32,000 nucleotides of DNA from Propionibacterium ruminifibrarum (GCF_900289195.1 NZ_OMOH01000009.1:1-32000), one strand, 5' to 3'. Positions 23,682 through 31,363 are shown, numbered from the stretch's first letter. Made by a program: numbers and translations. Notes: generated by a model from the letters alone, not told the origin.

Positions 23682-26600
23682 TCAGGCGTGGGACCTCACT
23701 GTGCCGTCGTCGACGCGGACGTCCGGGCTCGCCGGGGACGCCGCGTCGAGCGGGGAGGCCGTGTCGAAGTCGGACTGCCACTGCTTCAGGCCGACGGTCT
23801 TCTCGTTCTTGAAGGCCGTGGCGATCATCAGCTTGATGCGGTTGAGCTGGTTGACCTCGGAGGCGCCCGGATCGTAGTCGATCGAGGTGATGTTGGCCTG
23901 CGGGTACAGCTCGCGCAGCGCCTTGAACATGCCGCGCCCGACCACGTGGTTGGGCAGGCAGGCGAACGGCTGGGCGCAGATGATGTTCGGCGTGCCGTGC
24001 TCGATGAGGTGCATCATCTCGGCGACGAGCAACCAGCCCTCACCGGCCTGGGTGCCGAGCGAGATGAGCCTCTGGGCGCGCATGGCCATGTCGTGGATCC
24101 GCTCGGGCACCTCGAACTTGCCGTTCGCGCTCGCCAGGGCCTTGTTGGCCGTCTTCTGGGTCTGCTCGATGTACCACAGCATCATCTTCTTGACGTGGCG
24201 TCCGGTCTTGTCGAGCCCGAAGTTCTCGTACCGCCACTGGCCGGTCTCGAGGGACTGCAGGAAGAAGCCCATGAGGCCCGGCATGACGGCCTCGCAGCCC
24301 TCGTCCTCGATGACGCCGATGACGTTGTTGTTGGCGTCCGGCTGGAACTTCACGAGGATCTCGCCGACGACGCCCACGCGCGGCTTGCGCGGGATGTCGA
24401 GCAGCGGCAACTCGTCGAACTCCTTGACCATCTGACGGCACAGCCACTTGAACCCGACCTTGCGGCCCTCGGTGGGCGAGTACGACGGGTCGGCCATGAA
24501 CTCGCGCACCAGCGTGTTCCAGCGCTCGTAGAGCCGCATCGCCGAGCCCTCCTCGCGCTCGTAGGGGCGCACGCGCAGCAGTACCTCCTGGAGCAGGTCC
24601 ATGAGGACCAGCCCCTGGATGGCCGAGTGGATGAGGGTCGGGGTCAGCTTGAAGCCGGGGTTGGACTCCAGGCCCTGGGCCGAGACCGCCAGCACCGGCA
24701 CCTGCTCGTAGCCGGCGGCCTTCAGACCGCGGCGGAGCATGCCGACGTAGTTCGTCGCGCGGCACATGCCGCCGGTCTGGGAGATCGCCACGACCGAGGC
24801 GTCGGGGTCGGCTCCGCCGGTGATGAACTTGTTGATGAGCTGGCCGATGACCATGATCGCCGGGAAGCAGGCGTCGTTGTTGACGTACTTCAGGCCGCAC
24901 TCCATGTCCTCGCGCGAGGCGTGCTCGAGCAGTTCCATCTTGTAGCCGGCGCGCCGGAACAGCGGCTCGATGGCCTGGAAGTGGATCGGGGACATCTGCG
25001 GCAGGTAGACCGTGTGGGTCTTGCGCATCTGCTTGGTGTAGGGCGGGGTCGTGCTCGCCGGCACCGTGATGAGCTCGTCCGGTTCCTCGGGGCCCACCGT
25101 CGTGTCGACCTCGCGCGAGACCTCCTCGCGCTCGGCGGCCGCGGCGCGCAGCGAACGCAGCCGGATCCGGGCGGCGCCGAGGTTGGAGACCTCGTCGATC
25201 TTCAGGACGGTGTAGATGTCGCCGGCCTGCTCCAGGATGTCCTGGACCTGGTCGGTGGTGACGGCGTCGACGCCGCAGCCGAAGGAGTTCAGCTGCACCA
25301 GGTTGAGCTTCGGGTTGGCGCGCACCTGGGCGGCGGCCTCGTAGAGGCGGGTGTGGTACACCCACTGGTCGCGAACCCGCAGGGGGCGGTTGAAACCGGT
25401 GATGCGCATGCCGTTGGTGAGCGCGTCCTCGGAGAGGACGACCATGCCCAGCTGCGTGATCTGGTCGGGAATGCCGTGGTTGATCTCGGGGTCGACGTGG
25501 TAGGGCCGGCCGGCCAGCACGATGCCGCGCATGTCGTGCTCGATCATGTACTGCATGGCACGGTCGCCCTCGGCGCGGATGTCGGCCTTGGCCTTGTCGA
25601 GCTCCTCGAAACCGGCCGCGACGGCGGCCTTCATCTCGGGCAGGTCGATGTGCCAGTCGGACAGGATGTCGACCATGCGTTCGGCCAGCTTGTCGGGATC
25701 GTCCAGGTTGAGGAACGGGTCCATGAAGGTGACGCCGGGTTCGCGCAGCCGCTCGACGTTCTTCTCGATGACCTGCGGGTAGAAGGCGACGATCGGGCAG
25801 TTGAAGTTGTTGTCGGCCTCGGCGATCTCCTTGCGCTCGTAGTTGACGCAGGGCATCCAGATGTTCTTGACGCCGTGGTCGAGCAGCCACTCGATGTGGC
25901 CGTGGGCCAGCTTGGCCGGGTAGCAGACGTTCTCGGAGGCGATCGACTCCATGCCCGACTCGAACAGGTCGTGGTTGGAGCGCCCCGAGATGAGCACCTT
26001 GAAGCCGAGCTGAGTGAAGATCGTGAACCACAGCGGGTAGTCCTCGTACATGCCCAGCGCGCGGGGAATGCCGATCTCGCCGCGGGTGACCTTCTTGTCG
26101 GTGAGCCTGCGGTAGGCGAACATCCGCTTGTACTTGTAGTCGTACAGGTTCGGGATCTCGCTCTTCTTCGGCTTGGCCTCGAGGCTGGCGCCGCGCTCGC
26201 AGCGGTTGCCGGAGACCTGGCGCGAACCGTCGTCGAAGGTCGTGATGGTGAGCTTGCAGTGGTTCTGGCACAGCTTGCAGATGCGCTGGCTGGACTCCAC
26301 CGAGAAGCCCTCGAGGTCGCGGCTCATCATGGCCGAGACGTCGCCGGGGGCGGCGTGGGCCTTCGCGATGAGGGCGGCCCCGTAGGCGCCCATGTGGCCG
26401 GAGATGTTGGGGCGCTTGACCTTGACGCCGGTCAGCAGCTCGAAGGCGCGCAGCACGGCGTTGTTGAGGAAGGTGCCGCCCTGGGCCACGACCTTGTCGC
26501 CGAGCTCGCCGGTGTCGCGCAGCTTCATCACCTTGTAGAGGGCGTTGCGCACGACCGAGTAGGACAGGCCGGCGGAGATGTCGGCCATGCCGGCGCCCTC

Positions 26601-28085
26601 CTTCTGGGCCTGCTTGACCGAGGAGTTCATGAACACGGTGCAGCGGCTGCCGAGGTCGACCGGGGCCTGGGCCTGCATGCCGACCGTGGCGAAGTTCCGC
26701 ACGTCGGTGCCCATCGTCTCGGCGAAGGTCTGCAGGAAGGAGCCGCAGCCGGCCGAACAGGCCTCGTTGACCGCGATGGAGTCGACGACGCCCTCGCGGA
26801 TCCGGACGAACTTCATGTCCTGGCCGCCGATGTCGATGACGCTCGTCACGCCGGGGCACACGACCTGGGCGGCGCGGAAGTGAGCCATCGTCTCGATCTC
26901 GCCCTCGTCGGCGTGCAGAGCCGTCTTGACGAGGTCCTCGCCGTAGCCGGTGACACACGACCGGGCGATCGTGGAGCCCTCGGGCAGGGCCGCGATGACG
27001 TCCTTGGCGATACCGACGGCCGCCTTCACCGGGTCGCCCTGGTTGGAGTCGTAGCTGGAGTGGACGATCTTGCCGTCGTCGTCGATGAGGACCGACTTGA
27101 TGGTCGTCGAACCGGCGTCGATGCCCAGGTAGAGGTCGCCGACGGCCTGGCTCATGTCGGCCTGCTCGACGTCGATCACCGAGTGCCGCTCGTCGAACTC
27201 GGCGCGCTCGGCCTCGTCGAGGAACAGCGGGCGCATCGTCTTGGACGCCACGGAGGCGTCGCCCGCACCGTCGAGCATCTCGGCGAGGTGCCGCAGCGAG
27301 AGCGCCGGGCCGTCGGCGAGGAAGGCGGCGCCGACGGCGACGTACAGCTGGCCGTCGTCGGGGGTGACGTAGTCCTGGACATGGTCACCCAGGACCCGCC
27401 GGAAGGCCTCGCGGAGCTCGGGCAGGAAGTGCAGCGGGCCGCCGAGGAAGATGACCTTGCCGCGGATCGGCCTCCCGCAGGCCAGGCCGGCGACGGTCTG
27501 GGTGGCGACGGCCTGGAAGACCGAGGCGGAGATGTCCTCGTGGCGGGCGCCCTGGTTGATGAGCGGCTGCACGTCGGTCTTGGCGAACACGCCGCACCGG
27601 GAGGCGATCGGGTAGATGTTCTCGTACCGGCTGGCGAGCTCGTTGAGGCCCCCCGCGTCGGTGCGCAGCAACGAGGCCATCTGGTCGATGAAGGCGCCGG
27701 TGCCGCCGGCGCAGGAGCCGTTCATGCGCTGCTCGGGGGTCGGGTGGAGGTAGGTGATCTTGGCGTCCTCACCGCCGAGCTCGATGACGACGTCGACGTC
27801 CGGGTTGAGCTGCTCGATCGCCTCGGTGGCGGCGATGACCTCCTGGATGAAGCTGACGTTCATCATGCGGGCGACGCCCAGACCGCCCGAACCGGTCATG
27901 GCGACCTTGAGGGTGTCCTCCGGGAACTGCTCGCCGATGTCGAGCAGCAGCCGTTTCATCTCTCCGCGAACATCGGCATTGTGACGGCGGTAGTCGCTGA
28001 AGAGCATCTCGTGGCCACGCATGACGGCGGCCTTCACCGTCGTCGAGCCGACGTCGAGGCCGAGGCGCAGGACTTCGTCAGTCAT
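23682..28085 (-). CDS. fused double activase ATPase (BcrA/BadF/HgdC type) plus two 2-hydroxyacyl-CoA-dehydratase/benzoyl-CoA-reductase-like modules; candidate fused PlsA-PlsR-type enzyme
   Basis: ATG 28085 (MTDEVLRLGLDVGSTTVK) has GAAGGAG 9 nt upstream. There are two acetate/sugar-kinase-fold ATPase domains (LGLDVGSTTVK and LGIDAGSTTIK). Each has the two activase cluster cysteines: SCAGGTG with SRCGVF, and EACSAGCG with SRCTVF. Next comes a Cys motif CKLCQNHC...NRC (about 26199-26279). Two HgdA/B-like modules follow, with conserved Cys contexts NVCYPAK, NFNCPIV, SFGCGVD, NDACFPA, GGMCRATNY and PFACLPNHV. Confidence 0.85.
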   Translation of the reverse strand: MTDEVLRLGLDVGSTTVKAAVMRGHEMLFSDYRRHNADVRGEMKRLLLDIGEQFPEDTLKVAMTGSGGLGVARMMNVSFIQEVIAATEAIEQLNPDVDVVIELGGEDAKITYLHPTPEQRMNGSCAGGTGAFIDQMASLLRTDAGGLNELASRYENIYPIASRCGVFAKTDVQPLINQGARHEDISASVFQAVATQTVAGLACGRPIRGKVIFLGGPLHFLPELREAFRRVLGDHVQDYVTPDDGQLYVAVGAAFLADGPALSLRHLAEMLDGAGDASVASKTMRPLFLDEAERAEFDERHSVIDVEQADMSQAVGDLYLGIDAGSTTIKSVLIDDDGKIVHSSYDSNQGDPVKAAVGIAKDVIAALPEGSTIARSCVTGYGEDLVKTALHADEGEIETMAHFRAAQVVCPGVTSVIDIGGQDMKFVRIREGVVDSIAVNEACSAGCGSFLQTFAETMGTDVRNFATVGMQAQAPVDLGSRCTVFMNSSVKQAQKEGAGMADISAGLSYSVVRNALYKVMKLRDTGELGDKVVAQGGTFLNNAVLRAFELLTGVKVKRPNISGHMGAYGAALIAKAHAAPGDVSAMMSRDLEGFSVESSQRICKLCQNHCKLTITTFDDGSRQVSGNRCERGASLEAKPKKSEIPNLYDYKYKRMFAYRRLTDKKVTRGEIGIPRALGMYEDYPLWFTIFTQLGFKVLISGRSNHDLFESGMESIASENVCYPAKLAHGHIEWLLDHGVKNIWMPCVNYERKEIAEADNNFNCPIVAFYPQVIEKNVERLREPGVTFMDPFLNLDDPDKLAERMVDILSDWHIDLPEMKAAVAAGFEELDKAKADIRAEGDRAMQYMIEHDMRGIVLAGRPYHVDPEINHGIPDQITQLGMVVLSEDALTNGMRITGFNRPLRVRDQWVYHTRLYEAAAQVRANPKLNLVQLNSFGCGVDAVTTDQVQDILEQAGDIYTVLKIDEVSNLGAARIRLRSLRAAAAEREEVSREVDTTVGPEEPDELITVPASTTPPYTKQMRKTHTVYLPQMSPIHFQAIEPLFRRAGYKMELLEHASREDMECGLKYVNNDACFPAIMVIGQLINKFITGGADPDASVVAISQTGGMCRATNYVGMLRRGLKAAGYEQVPVLAVSAQGLESNPGFKLTPTLIHSAIQGLVLMDLLQEVLLRVRPYEREEGSAMRLYERWNTLVREFMADPSYSPTEGRKVGFKWLCRQMVKEFDELPLLDIPRKPRVGVVGEILVKFQPDANNNVIGVIEDEGCEAVMPGLMGFFLQSLETGQWRYENFGLDKTGRHVKKMMLWYIEQTQKTANKALASANGKFEVPERIHDMAMRAQRLISLGTQAGEGWLLVAEMMHLIEHGTPNIICAQPFACLPNHVVGRGMFKALRELYPQANITSIDYDPGASEVNQLNRIKLMIATAFKNEKTVGLKQWQSDFDTASPLDAASPASPDVRVDDGTVRSHA

Positions 28086-28124
28086 CCGTCTGTTCTCCTT
28101 CGGGTTCGGGCGAGCACCATCCAA

Positions 28125-28146
28125 AAACAGAACGTTCGCTCTGTTT
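28125..28146. promoter_or_regulatory. inverted repeat AAACAGA-N8-TCTGTTT with central GAACGTTC, at the predicted transcription start of the activase-fusion gene
   Basis: 7-bp perfect arms with spacer ACGTTCGC. On the minus strand it directly follows TTGACC-TACTAT (28159-28148), where TACTAT is a good TANNNT -10. It lies 40-61 nt upstream of ATG 28085. Confidence 0.35.
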
Positions 28147-28254
28147 CATAGTAGGTCAATTTCCGGCCCTGCCACACCCCGATCCGGCACCGGAGCGGCC
28201 GGCCCCCGCGCCACGACCGGACGAGGTGTCGCGGATTCGCCGGGCCGTGGCGCA

Positions 28255-28277
28255 CCGAGAACCGGTCCGGTTCTCGG
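28255..28277. promoter_or_regulatory. 23-bp perfect palindrome CCGAGAACCGG-T-CCGGTTCTCGG; candidate repressor operator
   Basis: 11-bp perfect arms around a single central T. It ends 2 nt before a GATAAT -10-like hexamer (28280-28285), 43 nt upstream of the lipoprotein ATG 28328. No upstream same-strand gene ends here, so a terminator role is unlikely. Confidence 0.45.
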
Positions 28278-28279
28278 TG

Positions 28280-28285
28280 GATAAT
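28280..28285 (+). promoter_or_regulatory. candidate -10 hexamer GATAAT for the beta-lactamase-like lipoprotein gene
   Basis: The hexamer has a 5/6 match to TATAAT and is preceded by TG. A GGGAGA Shine-Dalgarno lies 7 nt before ATG 28328. Confidence 0.35.
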
Positions 28286-28327
28286 GTGGGGCGCTGCCCC
28301 GTGAAGACCAACTTCGGGAGATCCCCC

Positions 28328-29170
28328 ATGTCACCTCATCTGCCCAGCCGTGTCCGCTCGGTCGTCACGACGCTCGCGGCCGCCCTCAGCTGTTCCCTCG
28401 TGCTCAGTGGATGCGGCGCAGCCGACCCCTCGGCCGAGTCCTCCGACGGAACGGTGCGGGGCATCCTCGAGGAGCTCGTGGCGGCCTTCCCCGATGACGC
28501 CCAGGTGTCCGTCATGGCCGCCGACGGCGACATCATCACGGTCGGCGAGGTGCCCGAGAGCATCGCGTGGTCGACGATCAAGGTGCCGATCGTCATCGAG
28601 GCCCTGCGCGAGGGCGAGGACGATCTCGGCGAGCAGGCGAAACTGGCGATCACCGAGTCGGACAACGATGCGGCGAGTGCGTTGTTCGACACGCTCGGCG
28701 GCGGCTACCAGGCCAGCACGAAGGTCGACAACCTGCTGCGCGAGGCGGACGACACGACGACGCTGACCCTGCCCAATGCCGCGCTCGGCGGCGACACCGG
28801 CTTCGGCATGACCCAGTGGTCGAGCGCGGACCAGGCCAGGTTCGCCGCCTGGATGGCCTGCTCCGACGAGGACGCCGTGCAACACGTCTACCGGCTCATG
28901 TCCGACCTGGTCGACTCGCAGGCGGTCGGCATCGAGACGACCGACGGCGGTCACGCCAAATCCGGCTGGGGCACCAACGAACACACCGGCGTCTCGACGA
29001 TGCGTCAGATGGGCACCATCGACACGGACGCGGGCCTGGTCGCGATGAGCATCGTCATCACCGGCGACCGGCTCGATGACGTCACCGAGGAGATCGACGT
29101 GCTGGATGACTGGCTGGCCGACCATGCCGGCGAGCTGCCCCGCACCCAGTGCGACGCCGAGGGGCAGTGA
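28328..29170 (+). CDS. class-A beta-lactamase-like serine hydrolase lipoprotein
   Basis: Signal peptide plus lipobox: MSPHLPSRVRSVVTTLAAALSCSLVLSGC. SxxK motif STIK at about 28571. SDN motif in ITESDNDAASALFDTLGG at about 28658. KSG motif (HAKSGWG) at about 28958. I could not find a clear omega-loop Glu166 equivalent. Confidence 0.7.
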   Translation: MSPHLPSRVRSVVTTLAAALSCSLVLSGCGAADPSAESSDGTVRGILEELVAAFPDDAQVSVMAADGDIITVGEVPESIAWSTIKVPIVIEALREGEDDLGEQAKLAITESDNDAASALFDTLGGGYQASTKVDNLLREADDTTTLTLPNAALGGDTGFGMTQWSSADQARFAAWMACSDEDAVQHVYRLMSDLVDSQAVGIETTDGGHAKSGWGTNEHTGVSTMRQMGTIDTDAGLVAMSIVITGDRLDDVTEEIDVLDDWLADHAGELPRTQCDAEGQ

Positions 29171-29229
29171 CGCCGATCACGTCAGGGCCCGCCGCACGAT
29201 GCGATGCGGGCACGGGAGGGAACCGGTGT

Positions 29230-30312
29230 TCAGGCGTCCTGCCTGCTGAAGCCGAGCAGCCACAGCAGGTAGAGACCACCGATCGCCGAGCTCACCAGGC
29301 CGACGGGGATCTGGAAGGGGGCGAGCAGGCGCTGGGCCAGCAGGTCCGCGGCGCCGAGCAGGGCCCCGCCCATCGCGACGGCGGGCCAGAAGGCGATACC
29401 GGGCGTGCCGGCCAGGCGGCGGGCCAACTGGGGGGCGGCCAGGGCGAGGAAACCGATCGGGCCGGTGACGGCCACGACGACCGCGACGAGCAGGACGCCG
29501 TAGACGAGCATGGCCAGGCGTTGGCGTCCGGGACGCACCCCGAGCCCGGCGGCCGTGTCGTCGCCGAGTTCGAGGATGCGCGAGGGACGAGCCAGCCAGA
29601 CCAGCTGCGGCAGCAGGGCGGCGAGCCCGGCAGCCAGCACGCCGGTCTGGGCCCACCCGATCGTGTTGAGGCTGCCGAACTGCCAGGCCTTCGCCGCCTC
29701 GGCCGACTCCAGCGGGGCCCGGCTGATGAGGTACTCGTTGACCGCCGAGATCATGGCGGCGATGGCGATGCCGGCCAGGACGAGGTTCTCGCCGGCCATG
29801 CCGCGGCGGACCGTCGCCGTGATGACGAGGGCCGCGGTGAGGAAGCCGCCGGCCGCCGTGCCGAGAGCCAGCGAGGCGACACCGGGGGCGCCCATGCAGA
29901 TGATGAGGATCAGACCGCCCGCGCTGGCGCCCGTGGTGAACCCGACGATGTCGGGGCTGCCCAGCGGGTTGCGCGAGAGCGACTGGAAGACGGCGCCCGA
30001 CAGGCCCAGGCCGGCTCCGGCCAGCCATGCCGCGATGGCGCGGGGCAGCCGCTGGTCCAGCACGATGAACCGGTCGGTCTCGGAGCCGCCGCCGCGCAGG
30101 ACCTCGATGACGCCGGCGAGGTCGAGGTCGTAGGAGCCGGTCGCGACGGCCAGCACGGCGATGAGTCCCGCGACGACGACCAGGGCCGCGGTGACGGCGG
30201 CGGCTCGCGGCCGCACCGGCAGGCGGGCGCCGCCCGGCAGGGGCAGTGACGCCGTCGACGATTCGTCGTGCCAGAGGCCCGCCTGCGTGCGGGAAGCCGA
30301 TGGCGTGCTCAT
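29230..30312 (-). CDS. iron-siderophore ABC transporter permease (FecCD family, FepG-like)
   Basis: Lower part of track ORF 29230..31290, starting at ATG 30312 (MSTPSASRTQ...). An AGGAGG Shine-Dalgarno lies 6 nt upstream, and the ATG forms an ATGA overlap with the upstream permease stop. FecCD hallmarks are LDQRLPRAIAAWLAGAGLGLSGAVFQSLSRNPLGSPDIVGF and the C-terminal GGLYLLWLL. Confidence 0.9.
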   Translation of the reverse strand: MSTPSASRTQAGLWHDESSTASLPLPGGARLPVRPRAAAVTAALVVVAGLIAVLAVATGSYDLDLAGVIEVLRGGGSETDRFIVLDQRLPRAIAAWLAGAGLGLSGAVFQSLSRNPLGSPDIVGFTTGASAGGLILIICMGAPGVASLALGTAAGGFLTAALVITATVRRGMAGENLVLAGIAIAAMISAVNEYLISRAPLESAEAAKAWQFGSLNTIGWAQTGVLAAGLAALLPQLVWLARPSRILELGDDTAAGLGVRPGRQRLAMLVYGVLLVAVVVAVTGPIGFLALAAPQLARRLAGTPGIAFWPAVAMGGALLGAADLLAQRLLAPFQIPVGLVSSAIGGLYLLWLLGFSRQDA

Positions 30313-31325
30313 CGTCCCCTCCTGAGAATGACCAGGGCGAGCAGCACCGGCGCGCCGACGAAGGCCGTGACGACGCCCGCCTCGATCTCGTCGGGCCGGG
30401 TCAGGACGCGCCCGACGATGTCGGCGGCGAGCACCAGGATCGGACCGCCGACGATCGACAGGGGCAGCAGACGGCGCTGGTCGGGGCCGACGACGAGCCT
30501 GAGGACGTGGGGCACGACGAGGCCGACGAAGCTGATCGGCCCGGCCGCCGCGGTCGCCGCGCCGCACAGCAGGGTGATGGCGGCCAGCGAGGCGACCCGC
30601 ACGACACCAAGACGCGCGCCGAGGGCGGTGGCCTGCTCGTCGCCGAGGGCCAGGACGTTGAGACTGCGCCCGCAGGCCAGCGCGAGGAGCAGACCGGACA
30701 CCACGAACGGCGTGGTCCAGGCGACCGTGGCCATGTCGCGGTCGGCGAAGGACCCGAGGGTCCAGAACCGGTACGAGTCGAAGGCCGCGGTGTCGTACAT
30801 GGTGACGGTGCCGGTCACCGAGTTGAGGGCCGCGGCGAGCGCGACGCCCGCGAGAACCAGGCGCGCGTGCCCCGCGCCGGGGCGGCGCCTGGCCATGGTC
30901 TGTACGAGGACGGCTGCCGCCGCCGACCCGATGAACGAGAACCAGACGTAGCCGGAGACCGCGCTCACGTGTCCGACGGAGATGGCCAGGACGACGGCGA
31001 AGGAGGCTCCCGCGTTGACGCCCAGGATGCCGGGCTCGGCGAGCGGGTTGCGGGTGAGTGCCTGCATGACGACGCCCGCCGCGCCGAGCGCGGCGCCGAC
31101 GACGACGGCCACCACCGTGCGGGGCAGGCGCAGCTGCCAGACGATGATCGACGCGGCGCTCCGATCGCGCGCGACGAGCCCCTCCCACGCCTGGACGAGC
31201 GTGAGCTGACGCGACCCGATGGACATGCTGACGAGTGCCAGAAAGATGATGACGATGAGCCCGAGCAGCACGCCGAAAGCCGTTTGGCAACGTTTTTCAG
31301 CTGACGGCGCAAGGAACTGAGACAC
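30309..31325 (-). CDS. iron-siderophore ABC transporter permease (FecCD family, FepD-like)
   Basis: Contains WQLRLPRTVVAVVVGAALGAAGVVMQALTRNPLAEPGILGVNAGA and the C-terminal VTAFVGAPVLLALV. GTG 31325 sits 6 nt after a TAGCCT hexamer. Confidence 0.85.
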   Translation of the reverse strand: MSQFLAPSAEKRCQTAFGVLLGLIVIIFLALVSMSIGSRQLTLVQAWEGLVARDRSAASIIVWQLRLPRTVVAVVVGAALGAAGVVMQALTRNPLAEPGILGVNAGASFAVVLAISVGHVSAVSGYVWFSFIGSAAAAVLVQTMARRRPGAGHARLVLAGVALAAALNSVTGTVTMYDTAAFDSYRFWTLGSFADRDMATVAWTTPFVVSGLLLALACGRSLNVLALGDEQATALGARLGVVRVASLAAITLLCGAATAAAGPISFVGLVVPHVLRLVVGPDQRRLLPLSIVGGPILVLAADIVGRVLTRPDEIEAGVVTAFVGAPVLLALVILRRGR

Positions 31326-31331
31326 GCAATG

Positions 31332-31337
31332 AGGCTA
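31332..31337 (-). promoter_or_regulatory. candidate -10 hexamer TAGCCT, 6 nt upstream of permease GTG 31325 (leaderless)
   Basis: The minus strand reads TAGCCT-CATTGC-GTG, with no Shine-Dalgarno. Confidence 0.4.
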
Positions 31338-31344
31338 TCCGATC

Positions 31345-31363
31345 CAACCTTAGGCTTACCTTA
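31345..31363. promoter_or_regulatory. IdeR/DtxR-like iron box candidate CAACCTTAGGCTTACCTTA
   Basis: By hand count, 13 of 19 positions match the IdeR consensus TTAGGTTAGGCTAACCTAA; the reverse-complement strand also matches 13 of 19 against the DtxR consensus TTAGGTTAGCCTAACCTAA (12 of its first 14 positions). It covers the putative -10 and start of the siderophore SBP gene. Confidence 0.3.
31351..31356 (+). promoter_or_regulatory. candidate -10 hexamer TAGGCT, 6 nt upstream of SBP ATG 31363 (leaderless)
   Basis: The sequence is TAGGCT-TACCTT-ATG. The in-frame TAG inside the hexamer excludes any upstream start. No Shine-Dalgarno. Confidence 0.4.

Noticed and set aside
23205-28151. 1648-aa plus-strand ORF, the longest in the track
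   Set aside because: It is entirely antisense to the well-supported activase/HAD fusion gene. Its translation is low-complexity (runs of G, R, A, D, H, V, L) with no recognisable motif. This is a typical stop-free shadow frame of high-GC3 coding DNA.
29187-29211. Possible hairpin GCCCGC...GCGGGC between the convergent lipoprotein and permease genes
   Set aside because: It has a 6-bp stem and a 13-nt loop, which is too weak to annotate as a terminator.
29230-31290. 686-aa reading of ORF 29230..31290 as a single giant permease
   Set aside because: Only the C-terminal 360 aa (from ATG 30312, with AGGAGG SD and ATGA coupling) is FecCD-like. The N-terminal about 325 aa is Arg/Pro/Gly junk in an alternative frame of the upstream FepD-like gene (30309..31325). 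The plus-strand ORFs 29149..30249 and 30246..31304 are antisense shadows.
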